In this document: piece by piece, positions 1 through 10,215 of the stretch | Layout: every line of letters begins with the position of its first letter | Position numbering within the stretch: the stretch's first letter is position 1 | Source: Oculatellaceae cyanobacterium bins.114 | Lineage (GTDB): Bacteria > Cyanobacteriota > Cyanobacteriia > Elainellales > Elainellaceae | Direction: 5' to 3' | DNA length: 64,000 nucleotides | NCBI GenBank assembly: GCA_033764315.1 | Contig: JANRJA010000137.1 | Span: 1 to 64,000 of the forward strand | Made by a program: the position numbers and the translations under genes | Notes under the pieces: model-generated | Database searches by the model: none | Seen by the model: only the letters and a program-made list of their open reading frames with translations | What the model was told of the DNA's origin: nothing

Positions 1-251
1 TTAGAGGTTTTCCCGATTGCTTCACTTCAGGTCGGCTTTGAGCAATTAACCCGCAAGATGAATACGTTTATTTGTCCACTCGTACATGAGTTAAACCTGC
101 AACTCATCTTTTCATCTGCTTAGAGTGACCAAAGAGGGATAAGATCCTGATTCCACATTGATTGCTTGAGTGCAACCTCATATAGAAATCAGGACAAGGA
201 GGCAAGCCAGTCGTTCATGGCTCCTATTTCCCAGTCTTCATCCCTTGCTTT

Positions 252-1655
252 TTACCCTTTGGGTCGAATCACCGGAGCTGAGATGATTCCTTTTTCTTCT
301 AAAACGCGGGCAGCTCGTAAAACCAACGCTTCATTGTAAGGAGCCGCAATAATTTGAACTCCGAAGGGCAACCCTCCCGGTTGTTGTATGGGGACTGACA
401 CAATGGGCAGACCAATAAATGAGAGGGGTTGGGTAAACAGACCTAAATTAGGACGGTTCAACACCTCAACCCCATCAATGACAATGGTTTCTTGCCCAAT
501 GAGGGGAGCAGGACATGGAGTTGTGGGGGCCAAAATCAAGTCAACGCTTTGAAACACCTCACGAACGCGATCGCGGAACCAGCGACGAAAGCGTTGGGCT
601 TGCAAATACCAGGTTGTGGGCACCATTGTGCCTGCTAAAAAGCGATCGCGAGTGGCAGGGTCAAAGTCTTGCGCTCGGGCTTTAAGATTGGCAAAGTGCA
701 GGTTGCTGCCTTCAGATGTGCTAATCACATAGGCGGCGGCGCGGGCTCGATGAGCTTCAGGAACTGTGACTCGCTGACTTGCACCTAGAGCGTGAGCGAC
801 TTGTTCGACAGCCGCTAGTATGTCTGGTTGTGCTCCCCTGGCAAAATAATCATCAGCGATCGCGATTCTTAGACCATCAATGCCTTGGCTCAATTGGGGC
901 AGGCATAACTGCGGAGGTCGGGTAGTACAAACAGGGTCTTTGGGGTCGGCTCCTTGCATCAAATCAAAAGCAAGTGCCAAATCTCGCACCGAGCGGGCAA
1001 AGGGACCAACGTGATCTAAACTACCCACAAATAGGCATACCCCAGCCCGAGATAAACGCCCATAAGTAGGTTTTAAACCTAAGATGCCACAAAGCGAGGC
1101 AGGCACTCGAATAGAACCGTTGGTGTCGGAACCCAAGCTGAACGGTACTAATCCTCCGGCAACGGCTGCGGCTGACCCTCCTGATGAGCCTCCGGCAATC
1201 CGGCTCAAATCATGGGGATTGTGAGTTGGGCCATAGTGGCTGTTTTCGGTGACAAACCCATAGGCATACTCATCCATATTGAGCGCACCCACCAGCACTG
1301 CACCTGCTCGTCTGAGTGCGGCAACCACAGTCGCATCTTGAGTCGCAGGTGGATTTTCTCGGTTAATCTTAGACCCTGCTAGAGTGGGCAAACCTGTCAC
1401 ATCAAACAAATTCTTGACTGCAAAGGGCACCCCTGCCAGGGGACCTGGGTCGTGCCCAGCAGCGATCGCCTGATCAACCTGAATGGCATCAGCGATCGCC
1501 TGATCTGCCAAGACATCTGTAAAACTGTTGAGTGGCTTATCGTCTACAGCAATTCGATCTAATGCTGAACGAACCACCGTCTCAGCAGTCACTTCACCTG
1601 CTCGAACCGCAGTGGCGATCGTCGTAGCATCGGCCTGATCAAACTCTAGAATCAT
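252..1655 (-). CDS. atzE: AtzE-family amidase (amidase-signature enzyme, 1-carboxybiuret hydrolase-like)
   Basis: Lys-Ser-Ser triad motifs FAVKNLFD, GGSSGGS, GSDTNGSIR; NMDEYAYGFVTENSHYG is typical of the AtzE subfamily; overlaps a small AtzG-like gene. Confidence 0.85.
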   Translation of the reverse strand: MILEFDQADATTIATAVRAGEVTAETVVRSALDRIAVDDKPLNSFTDVLADQAIADAIQVDQAIAAGHDPGPLAGVPFAVKNLFDVTGLPTLAGSKINRENPPATQDATVVAALRRAGAVLVGALNMDEYAYGFVTENSHYGPTHNPHDLSRIAGGSSGGSAAAVAGGLVPFSLGSDTNGSIRVPASLCGILGLKPTYGRLSRAGVCLFVGSLDHVGPFARSVRDLALAFDLMQGADPKDPVCTTRPPQLCLPQLSQGIDGLRIAIADDYFARGAQPDILAAVEQVAHALGASQRVTVPEAHRARAAAYVISTSEGSNLHFANLKARAQDFDPATRDRFLAGTMVPTTWYLQAQRFRRWFRDRVREVFQSVDLILAPTTPCPAPLIGQETIVIDGVEVLNRPNLGLFTQPLSFIGLPIVSVPIQQPGGLPFGVQIIAAPYNEALVLRAARVLEEKGIISAPVIRPKG

Positions 1656-1852
1656 GGTTCAAAATCGGGACTAAAGGTAGGAGCAACTTCAATAGCTTGA
1701 GGTAACGGAAAATCGAGCACAAGTTGGGCGATCGCGGCAGTCCGCGCAAAGTTATCAATCACCCCCGGTTTATGCTCTGGGGCGAGTGATAAATCCAGGA
1801 CTAATGCCATTTGTTCTACGTAATTTTCAATATCCAGTATCTGTTCAGTCAT
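1652..1852 (-). CDS. DUF4089/AtzG-like small amidase partner subunit
   Basis: 66 aa, YVEQMALVLDL...PGVIDNF...EVAPTFSP; 4-bp overlap with the atzE start. Confidence 0.8.
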   Translation of the reverse strand: MTEQILDIENYVEQMALVLDLSLAPEHKPGVIDNFARTAAIAQLVLDFPLPQAIEVAPTFSPDFEP

Positions 1853-2130
1853 ATTCCTGCGGTACGGTTCTTACAATTCCCAGGTGCGTGGCATTGAATC
1901 TGGTATATCCAACCCAGCTTCAAATCTTATCTTGAATGACATCAATCCCTTAAAGATTTGAATTTTGTGATCGATGAATGGGCTGAGCCTGACTTTCAAT
2001 CTTTCGATCTTTCAATCTCGCACTGAAAGCATTGCAAAAACGTGTTCTCTTTTACCTAAAGCAGCCATAAGCCAGTAGTCTTAAAATTGAAATACTTATA
2101 CTCTTGTCCTATTGCGATTTGGATTTTGAA

Positions 2131-2880
2131 ATGGGGTCATTCCTTTTAATAGCCAGCATTATTTTGTTAGTCATCACAGGTTTTTATGCCTGGTTTACCT
2201 ACACCATCTTGAGAGAACTTCGTCAAGAAAATAACCTGTATAGAGGCTTAATTGAGAGGCAGTTAAAACTGGCAGTACTCCCTCATATTCACTGTGATAT
2301 GAAGCCTGATTTTCAGGCTAATAATGTCAAATTAGAGCTTTATAACATTGGTAACGTTCCGGCCTATGATCTGCAGATTTGTGTGATTGGGGCCTATACC
2401 GAAGAGAATATGGATATTCCTACCTTTATGAGAACGTTTATCCAACCTCGATTCCGCAAATATCCATTGCAAGTGGATAAGGTTGGTTATTATGGCATTC
2501 GCAGTAGTATGCGCCATCCGTTGCTTCCCTTTCAACAACGACTGGCAGTTCCTTTAAACTTGCCTGCTCCACCCGTTGATGTCTATGCGTTGCTGCAATA
2601 TCGAGAAGTGTCGGGCAGTAATTATTATCAGGTTTATTGCTTCTCTGATTTAGATGAGCAAGGTAATTATAAAGCGAATATTCTAGAACCCTCTAAGCAG
2701 GAATCGCTTGAAAGAGTCCATTTTTATGACACAGATGATATCAATCTGGCGACTTATGAAAAAGCCTTGCCTTATCATGTGAGAGATTTTATAGATTTAT
2801 GGAATCATTCTCTATCTCACCGATTGACCATCTTTTTTGCAGGAGAAACCCCTACGCCTCAAGAAGCTAGTGGCTCCTAA
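2131..2880 (+). CDS. Hypothetical protein with N-terminal transmembrane helix
   Basis: Long ORF with hydrophobic N-terminus; ATG 2131 preferred over TTG 2104. Confidence 0.7.
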   Translation: MGSFLLIASIILLVITGFYAWFTYTILRELRQENNLYRGLIERQLKLAVLPHIHCDMKPDFQANNVKLELYNIGNVPAYDLQICVIGAYTEENMDIPTFMRTFIQPRFRKYPLQVDKVGYYGIRSSMRHPLLPFQQRLAVPLNLPAPPVDVYALLQYREVSGSNYYQVYCFSDLDEQGNYKANILEPSKQESLERVHFYDTDDINLATYEKALPYHVRDFIDLWNHSLSHRLTIFFAGETPTPQEASGS

Positions 2881-2903
2881 CGGCTCCTCACGTCTTGATG
2901 ACG

Positions 2904-3365
2904 CTAATCTCCTTGGCGTTCGACAAACGCTTCCATTGTGCTGCTAAGATAATGGCCTGACATGACACTGCTCGACAGGCAATACTTGTTTTCGCCTAAC
3001 TGGTGGAGCGTTTCAAAGCCACTACGCCGCTGGCGATCGCCCAACACCCAATAGCGTTGCACAATAGATTCTGGCGCAATCCAGCCTTCGCCTTCGACTC
3101 GACCCAGTTGGCTGTGTTGCAGCACAAAGGTATATTGCCGTTCGCCTCCATTAAAGCGACCTCGATATTGAAAGGCAATCTCCTCTCGCTCCGTTCCAGG
3201 AAACATTAGCTTGGTCACCATGGTGTACCAATTGTCGCGACTCCAGGCAATTAAAATTGCCCCCTTCACCACAATTGGCATTGCATCTCGGTCAAGCCAG
3301 CTTCCTTGAAGTGTCCAACGTCCTGCTTCCAGCAAAAATGTGTGAGACACAGTACTAGTCCTCAT
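2904..3365 (-). CDS. Conserved hypothetical protein (beta-rich)
   Basis: 153-aa ORF overlapping the anmK stop; [10 protein letters not shown] start typical of a cyanobacterial family; true start may be slightly downstream. Confidence 0.7.
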   Translation of the reverse strand: MRTSTVSHTFLLEAGRWTLQGSWLDRDAMPIVVKGAILIAWSRDNWYTMVTKLMFPGTEREEIAFQYRGRFNGGERQYTFVLQHSQLGRVEGEGWIAPESIVQRYWVLGDRQRRSGFETLHQLGENKYCLSSSVMSGHYLSSTMEAFVERQGD

Positions 3366-4599
3366 ACGTTTGTCCTGGGTGGTGTTCGTGCTGCCCTTGA
3401 TGGCAATTCATGTTACCATACAGGCTTTTTCCCGCTAGGTGAATTTCCCCTAAAGTTACGGCTTTTCGTGCCCCAGTAACCTCCGGGAGATTACCGGGAA
3501 TCTCATGGATCCGCCAGTATGCTAGAACGGCAAAGGCGATCGCTTCTTTAAAGTCTGCATTTAATCCCACTTCGTTGGTCGTGCAGACAGGGATCAACTC
3601 CAGATTAGCCTGTATTCGTTGTTTCAAATAGAGATTATGACTGCCGCCGCCACAAATCAAGACTTGATCGGGCAACTTAGGCAAAAATTGACGATAACTT
3701 TGGGCAATTGAAGCCGCTGTGAACTCTGTCAAGGTTGCCAGGACATCGGCTGGAGTCAGGTTATAAGTTGCTGCATCATGAAGGCAGCAGTGCAAGTAAT
3801 CCAGGCTAAATAATTCTCGTCCAGTTGATTTGGGTGGTGGTGTTTGAAAAAACTCTTGCTGCAACCATTGGTGAACCAGAGATTGACAAGGGTTTCCGGT
3901 GGCTGCCCAGGCTCCATCTTGATCGTAGGTTTGAGTTCCGTTAGAGAGATGCTGCACGGCCAGATCCAGCAGCGTGTTTCCGGGGCCTGTGTCCCAACCC
4001 AGGATGGAGGAGGTTTGAGAGCCTGAGTGCAATGCGTTTTTAGCAGGCAGGTAAGTGACATTGCCAATGCCACCAATGTTTTGTATACAGCGATCGAGCG
4101 TCGCATGTCTGAGCACACACACATCGAGGGCAGATACCAGAGGTGCACCTTGACCCCCAGCGGCGATGTCAGCCGCCCTAAAGTTGCTCACCGTGGTGAT
4201 TCCGGTGCGATGGGCGATCGCGGCTCCTCGACCCAGTTGCAAGCTATATCCCAATGTCTCAACCGCATCTGTTTTGTAGCGACTGCTGCTGGGGGGACGG
4301 TGATAAACCGTTTGTCCATGAGAACCGATCAGTTCAGCTACGGGATGCCCCACTTGAATGGCGATCGCGGCCTGGGCAAATTGCTCTGCGATCGCATCAT
4401 CCAATGCTGCAAACTCCGCCATTGAGACGGGGGTATCGGCAATGACTGATGTAATGTGCGATCGCAGTTCAGAGGGATAAGGATAGGTTGCACCTGCAAC
4501 CAACTCCACTTGCAAATCAAGGGTGGTGCCAGAGATATTCACCAGGGCAGCATCAATTCCATCAACTGAAGTGCCACTAATTAAACCAATCACTAACAT
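3355..4599 (-). CDS. anmK: Anhydro-N-acetylmuramic acid kinase
   Basis: [51 protein letters not shown] motifs. Confidence 0.95.
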   Translation of the reverse strand: MLVIGLISGTSVDGIDAALVNISGTTLDLQVELVAGATYPYPSELRSHITSVIADTPVSMAEFAALDDAIAEQFAQAAIAIQVGHPVAELIGSHGQTVYHRPPSSSRYKTDAVETLGYSLQLGRGAAIAHRTGITTVSNFRAADIAAGGQGAPLVSALDVCVLRHATLDRCIQNIGGIGNVTYLPAKNALHSGSQTSSILGWDTGPGNTLLDLAVQHLSNGTQTYDQDGAWAATGNPCQSLVHQWLQQEFFQTPPPKSTGRELFSLDYLHCCLHDAATYNLTPADVLATLTEFTAASIAQSYRQFLPKLPDQVLICGGGSHNLYLKQRIQANLELIPVCTTNEVGLNADFKEAIAFAVLAYWRIHEIPGNLPEVTGARKAVTLGEIHLAGKSLYGNMNCHQGQHEHHPGQTYED

Positions 4600-4824
4600 G
4601 CGATTAGAAATGTGAGGAACTGAGATCCCATGCTAAGGGAGAATCAGCCATTCTTAAAATCTCTCTGTTGCGAATCGTCATCAGGGCTGACTGAGAGCTG
4701 AGCTACGCTTTGCAAAGAGGGCTGAATCAAGATAGTCTGCTGGATTGTTCTACTCTCAGGAAAGGGCAGTAGACTCAAAGATGAAGTTTTATAACGTACC
4801 TGACTTTAAAGGTTTCTAGAATCA

Positions 4825-5682
4825 ATGACAGTATCGTTGCAACAGCAGATTCAAGAGTTTTACGATGCCTCATCAGGGCTATGGGAGCAAATCTGGGGTG
4901 AACATATGCACCACGGATATTACGGTGCTGATGGGCGCGATCGCAAAGAGCGACGACAAGCTCAAATTGACTTGATTGAGCACCTTCTAGCGTGGAGTGA
5001 GGTACAACAAGCTAGCCAAATTCTCGATGTGGGGTGTGGAATTGGTGGCAGTTCTCTCTATTTAGCGGAAAGATTTAACGCCCATGTCACTGGCATTACC
5101 CTCAGCCCTGTGCAAGCTCAACGAGCAACCGAACGGGCAAAAGCCGCGACATTAGAACAGCAAACTCATTTTCGGGTAGCCGACGCTCTAGCCATGCCCT
5201 TTCCTGATCAGTCCTTTGACTTGATCTGGACGCTGGAGAGTGGAGAGCATATGCCCGACAAGGTCAAATTTCTCGCAGAATGTGACCGGGTTTTAAAACC
5301 CGGAGGGCTTTTGTTAATGGCAACCTGGTGTCATCGCCCCACGACTCCTGCTGCACCGCTCACGGCTGAGGAGCAACACCACCTGGCAGAGATCTATCGG
5401 GTTTATTGCTTACCCTATGTGATCTCGCTCCCAGAATATGAAGCGATCGCCCATCAACTCTCCTTACAAGATATCCACACGGACGACTGGTCAACCGCAG
5501 TCGCTCCCTTTTGGGATGTGGTAATTGACTCTGCCATCACACCCCAAGCCATTTTTGGGTTGCTGCAATCAGGGTGGACAACAATTCAAGCCGCATTATC
5601 CCTGGGTTTAATGCAACGCGGTTATCGCCGGGGGTTGATTCGGTTTGGTGTATTGCGCGGCACGAAAGCGGGGTTGCTCTAG
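4825..5682 (+). CDS. Gamma-tocopherol methyltransferase (VTE4/slr0089-like)
   Basis: FYDASSGLWEQIWGEHMHHGYY, LDVGCGIGGS, ESGEHMPDK, ATWCHR. Confidence 0.9.
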   Translation: MTVSLQQQIQEFYDASSGLWEQIWGEHMHHGYYGADGRDRKERRQAQIDLIEHLLAWSEVQQASQILDVGCGIGGSSLYLAERFNAHVTGITLSPVQAQRATERAKAATLEQQTHFRVADALAMPFPDQSFDLIWTLESGEHMPDKVKFLAECDRVLKPGGLLLMATWCHRPTTPAAPLTAEEQHHLAEIYRVYCLPYVISLPEYEAIAHQLSLQDIHTDDWSTAVAPFWDVVIDSAITPQAIFGLLQSGWTTIQAALSLGLMQRGYRRGLIRFGVLRGTKAGLL

Positions 5683-5735
5683 GCAGATGTTGGGGGGGTG
5701 AGCCAAGATAGGGGCAGTTGCGTGGCAGTGGAACT

Positions 5736-7763
5736 ATGATTCGCTTTCCATCCTTACGCTACATTGCTCTTGCGTGTTTGATCGGGGTTGCCATTTTAGG
5801 GTGCAACCTCTCTCGCATTTCCCCTTCAGCTTCAACGGTTGTCGAACCGTCTCCCCTGGCGATGGGTCAAAGCAGTTCCCCTACGTCAGCGATCGCCCCT
5901 GTTGGCTCAACTGATGGTCAAGCTGCGATTCTGACTGATTCATCCGGGTTGATTCGGGTTAATCCATTACCTGTTGATCCCGCTTTACGCAATGAGTGGA
6001 CTCCTGCCCTCGAAGACGGATTTTGGGTACGAGCCAACCAAGCCATTCGACACTACGCGGGTCGGGGCTATGGCAACACCCAAGGTGAAAACGAAAAGCG
6101 ATCCTACCCCTTTGCGATGTTTGATTTTTTGGCGGGCGATCGCGAGAAAGCACTAAAATTTTTGCAAAGTGAAGACGTACAAGCCGAAGAATACGAACAT
6201 ACCGAAGGAATTGATTACTACTTCGCCTTTACCCTCAAAGGTCAAATTCGCAAATACTTCTTTTTTGGCCAGTGGCTTGATCCTGATTACCGACACCGCA
6301 TGTTTGAGGGAGCGAGACGGTGGACCGAGCAAGACCCCGCTAATCGACCTCACCCACTCTATGGCGAAGGCCGTGATGGAGGGGGTGAGTGGACAATGGA
6401 ACGCCGGGGCTATTGGGTCGATCGCCGCAATACCGATAACCTCCGGGCAATGCGAGAAGTTGCTGTCTACTTGATGGCAGAAGAAACAGGCAACGAAGCC
6501 ACTCGCGATCGCTACAAACAACGGTTGCAACGCTATGTCTGGTCGCTCTATCACATTGGTATGGGTGAGTGGGATTCTGAGACTTACCACGGGCATACCT
6601 TCGCGGCCTACCTTAATCTCTATGATTTTGCCAAAGATCCAGACGTCAAACGTTTGGGTAAAGCTGCTCTGGATTGGCTTTCTGCATCTGCTGCTCTGAA
6701 GTACTATCACGGCGGTTGGGGTGCGCCAACCAAACGAGATTACGGTGGGGGAAACGTGGTACTGGGGTCTGATGCAGCCCGATTTTTTTGGATTTATTTT
6801 GGCGATACCACCGTCCCCAATGAAGCACCAGAGCGAGACATCATTCACGCTATTACCAGTGCTTACCGTCCTCCTCTAGCGGTGATGGCATTGGCTCATA
6901 AACAAATTAATCGTCCGGTGGAACTGCTCAACACAAAGCCCCGTTACGAAACCTGGGAGCCAGGTGGTGAAGATGCGCCCGCCTACTGGGAAACCCTATT
7001 TTTGGGACAAACCTATCAGATGGGGAGCGTTGTCTCCTCGTTTGCTGATGGCGATGTAGGGCCATTCAAGCTAATGGCAGACAACCGTGAACGAGGGGTT
7101 GACTACTTTGTTGCCAATACTGGTGATGATTGGGTTGAGCCTGGAAAGCGAGAAGGTGATCAACTCGGACAATACCGCAATGTGTTGATTTGGCTCAGCC
7201 CTGCAATAGGTCAGCCATTCTCATTTCAGTTACCTAAAACGGCTAAAACTGCAATCGAAGATGATATCTGGTTCTTTGAACTTGAAAAAACCTGGTTAGC
7301 AATTCATCCCATCAATCTTCAACCTTATCAAGTCCTAGAATCAACGGATGACCAACAAGAAAACTATCCTAACGAACAGGGTTTGAAATCAAGGTCAAGG
7401 GGCGATCGCTACGCTGGATTTGTCTTAGAGGTAGGAGAACCTCAATCCCATAACAACTATGGGGCATTTAAGCGAACTATCAAAACTCGAAGTCGGCTCA
7501 ATCTGGATGCTCTCAGTCAGGGTGTGGTGGACTACACCAGTAGCACTGGGACAACGTTGAAGTTAACCTACAATCGAGAAAATGATCTGCCTACCATCAG
7601 TCGCAACGGGGAGCCTTATGATTGGTTCTCTCGGTATAACCTGTACTTCCCCACTGAGGGAACAGCCCCCATCTCATTGGGTTGGAAACAGGGCACTTTG
7701 ATTGTCAAGGCTGGCGATCAAACGTTTGAAACCACTGTGGGAAGCGATCGCCTGGTTCATTAA
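5736..7763 (+). CDS. Large predicted lipoprotein, unknown function (polysaccharide-lyase/heparinase-like by inference)
   Basis: Signal peptide ending in lipobox ILGC, Ser/Pro linker, helical N-half containing GMGEWDSETY...LNLYDFA, beta-rich C-half. Confidence 0.6.
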   Translation: MIRFPSLRYIALACLIGVAILGCNLSRISPSASTVVEPSPLAMGQSSSPTSAIAPVGSTDGQAAILTDSSGLIRVNPLPVDPALRNEWTPALEDGFWVRANQAIRHYAGRGYGNTQGENEKRSYPFAMFDFLAGDREKALKFLQSEDVQAEEYEHTEGIDYYFAFTLKGQIRKYFFFGQWLDPDYRHRMFEGARRWTEQDPANRPHPLYGEGRDGGGEWTMERRGYWVDRRNTDNLRAMREVAVYLMAEETGNEATRDRYKQRLQRYVWSLYHIGMGEWDSETYHGHTFAAYLNLYDFAKDPDVKRLGKAALDWLSASAALKYYHGGWGAPTKRDYGGGNVVLGSDAARFFWIYFGDTTVPNEAPERDIIHAITSAYRPPLAVMALAHKQINRPVELLNTKPRYETWEPGGEDAPAYWETLFLGQTYQMGSVVSSFADGDVGPFKLMADNRERGVDYFVANTGDDWVEPGKREGDQLGQYRNVLIWLSPAIGQPFSFQLPKTAKTAIEDDIWFFELEKTWLAIHPINLQPYQVLESTDDQQENYPNEQGLKSRSRGDRYAGFVLEVGEPQSHNNYGAFKRTIKTRSRLNLDALSQGVVDYTSSTGTTLKLTYNRENDLPTISRNGEPYDWFSRYNLYFPTEGTAPISLGWKQGTLIVKAGDQTFETTVGSDRLVH

Positions 7764-7808
7764 AGGAGGGCTAAATGAGAATTACCTCATGCTTGATGCC
7801 CGGTGTCT

Positions 7809-9542
7809 CTACTCCCTACTCTCTTCAACCTTCAGCGATCGCATCCGATTTAACACAGCCGCCAATTCCAGCGAACGAAATGCCGCCAAATCTCCTGGTG
7901 CAAAAGGAGCTACTCCTTGCCACTGGGTTTGTTCAATATCGTGCATGACCATGTAGGTTATGTCTTGTAAAGATCGACGCCCATTTAGGTAATGGGTCTG
8001 TAAGTAGGCGATCGCAGTCCCAATGGCACGCAATTGACCAGGATCGATCAATTGCTCGATGGCAGATACATCAACGGTTTCTGTACCAAATACCAACTCA
8101 TCCACATCTCGGACTTTAAAGCGGAGACCCCGATCATCATGTTGGTTCTCTAATAGATTGGGTGCTGGAATGCGGCTGGTCAGCAACCCAAAGCGATCGC
8201 CCCCTTCTGCCGTTCGATCGGTGACAAACTGAGCCGCGATCGCCTTTGCCTGTTGAGTCACCTCTTGCGGTTGAAAATCTGACATGGCAATGACGGTGTC
8301 AGATACATCAAAATAGTCACCACTGCCTCCCATCACCAAAATTGTGGAGACGCCATGCTCCTGATACAGTTGCCGAATCTTATCAATAAAGGGTGTGATC
8401 GGTTCTCGGTCTTTAGCGATTAAAGCCTGCATGCGGCGATCGCGAATCATAAAATTAGTGGCAGAGGTGTCTTCATCCACTAACAATACCTTTGCTCCAA
8501 TCTCTAGTGCCTCCATAATATTGGCGGCCTGTGAGGTACTGCCACTGGCGTTGGCCGTTGAAAAATGAGTGGTAGAGCGTCCTTGTGGAAGGTGGTTAAT
8601 AAAGGGTGAAATATTGACCCCTGTGACCGATCGCCCATCTTCGGCTCGAATTTTGACAGCAGTTGGATCGGTCACGAGCCACTCGCGTCCGTCTCCGGGA
8701 ATGTGGTTGTAAATGCCTAGTGCGATCGCTTGCAACAGGGTTGATTTGCCATGATAACCCCCTCCCACAATCAGGGTAATCCCAGTTGGAATACCCATAC
8801 CCCTGATCGGCCCCTGATTGGGTCTGTTAAATGTAACTCGTAAGCTTTCTGGAGCCTGAAAAGGGCTTGCACCTTGGGATAATGGATGATTATCGACCCC
8901 ACTCTGACGGGGCAAGATGGCTCCATCAGGGATAAAAGCTACTAACTTCTCGGCTGCTAATTGCTCCCGCAACCACGCCGTATCTTCGACAACCTCAAGG
9001 TGATGTTGCAACTCAATCGGGTTGAGATTGGGATATCTTAGCGATCGCTCTACAATCTGAGGCAAGTCTTCACACAATAGCTCTGCGGCTTCTCGCCCTA
9101 AAATTTGCCGCCCTCGGGCTGGTAAACCTACCACAAACCGAGCTTCAACCTGTTCTGGTGTGACGAAAACTGATGTGCGTTCTAATACCTGTTGACCTGT
9201 AGGGGCGATCGCAATCAAACCACTATTGCCGTTGCCTCGTTTGCCCCGCAGTGTAGTTGCGACTTGGTCAAACTGGCGCGTTAAATAATCTCGTAAGGCA
9301 ATTTCACGGCTTTGAGAGGAATACAGCTCTAGTGGAAACTTAGCCCCCACAAAGTTGGCTTGACTGGTTTGAGGAAGTTGTACCCGCAATCGACTAGGAG
9401 CCGCAAAGGGATCTCCCTGAACATAATCAATGAACAAGGTGAAGCCAGAAAAACGATAGCGACCTTGGATCTGCTTATAAGCTTTGTAGCTCCGTTGATC
9501 CAGTTGAAGTAAGTGTTGATGCAGTGCCTCAGAAGTGCTCAT
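7809..9542 (-). CDS. ABC-class ATPase domain protein (GGGYHGKST family)
   Basis: VQGDPFAAPS, Walker A GGGYHGKST, NASGSTSQAA, DEDTSATNFMIRD; start set at MSTSEAL. Confidence 0.85.
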   Translation of the reverse strand: MSTSEALHQHLLQLDQRSYKAYKQIQGRYRFSGFTLFIDYVQGDPFAAPSRLRVQLPQTSQANFVGAKFPLELYSSQSREIALRDYLTRQFDQVATTLRGKRGNGNSGLIAIAPTGQQVLERTSVFVTPEQVEARFVVGLPARGRQILGREAAELLCEDLPQIVERSLRYPNLNPIELQHHLEVVEDTAWLREQLAAEKLVAFIPDGAILPRQSGVDNHPLSQGASPFQAPESLRVTFNRPNQGPIRGMGIPTGITLIVGGGYHGKSTLLQAIALGIYNHIPGDGREWLVTDPTAVKIRAEDGRSVTGVNISPFINHLPQGRSTTHFSTANASGSTSQAANIMEALEIGAKVLLVDEDTSATNFMIRDRRMQALIAKDREPITPFIDKIRQLYQEHGVSTILVMGGSGDYFDVSDTVIAMSDFQPQEVTQQAKAIAAQFVTDRTAEGGDRFGLLTSRIPAPNLLENQHDDRGLRFKVRDVDELVFGTETVDVSAIEQLIDPGQLRAIGTAIAYLQTHYLNGRRSLQDITYMVMHDIEQTQWQGVAPFAPGDLAAFRSLELAAVLNRMRSLKVEESRE

Positions 9543-9647
9543 AGGGCGATCGCAGGGTTGAAAATGCAAAAACCCCCAATCGGGGGTTGAGAGATGCGGC
9601 GTAGTAATACGCGCCATTTCTATTGAGATTAAGAACAGCCTATGAGA

Positions 9648-10142
9648 TTAAGAACAGCCTGGTTCGCCCTGGTCTGCATTGCGGGTTGCACCCAAAAGCG
9701 TTTCTATAATTAGACAGCGCGATCGCCCTGAATTTGCAGGTGCCTTAAACGTTAAAGTAATGGGTGGGGCAGAACCTAAAGCTAAATTTCCTTCATCATC
9801 AAACGTAATTTGATTGACAGGAGTTTGCATGCTAATCATCCCAGGTCGAAACCGACCCAAGCCTAGTTGTTCTGTGGAAGGTCCAACTTGAACGGTTGGT
9901 GGATCAACCGCTGTGTTAAAAGTAACGGTTTGACGACGCTTTGTCCGCAGTGCCTCTCCCTGAGCCAGTCGAATGGCTTGCTGAACTTGTTCCCTGGCAT
10001 TGGTTACCCGCTGACGGTTCAGAAACCCCACCCAGCTCACTCCAGCAATACTTGCCAAGATGCCAGCCATAACAATAACCACCAAGAGTTCTATCAGGGA
10101 GAACCCAGCAATGGAATGCCGCTGAAGTAATTGCTTTTTCAT
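9648..10142 (-). CDS. Type IV minor pilin/pseudopilin, FimT/GspH-like (HpsD position)
   Basis: Class III signal G|FSLIELLVV; last gene of the hps cluster. Confidence 0.8.
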   Translation of the reverse strand: MKKQLLQRHSIAGFSLIELLVVIVMAGILASIAGVSWVGFLNRQRVTNAREQVQQAIRLAQGEALRTKRRQTVTFNTAVDPPTVQVGPSTEQLGLGRFRPGMISMQTPVNQITFDDEGNLALGSAPPITLTFKAPANSGRSRCLIIETLLGATRNADQGEPGCS

Positions 10143-10215
10143 ACCTACCCTCCACGTTTCAACACTGCAACAGGCAAAGTTCAACAAGGTTTAACCCTGA
10201 ATTGGGTCTATAGCC

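Noticed and set aside
1862..1875. NtcA box before atzG
   Set aside because: GTA-N7-TAC has the wrong spacing
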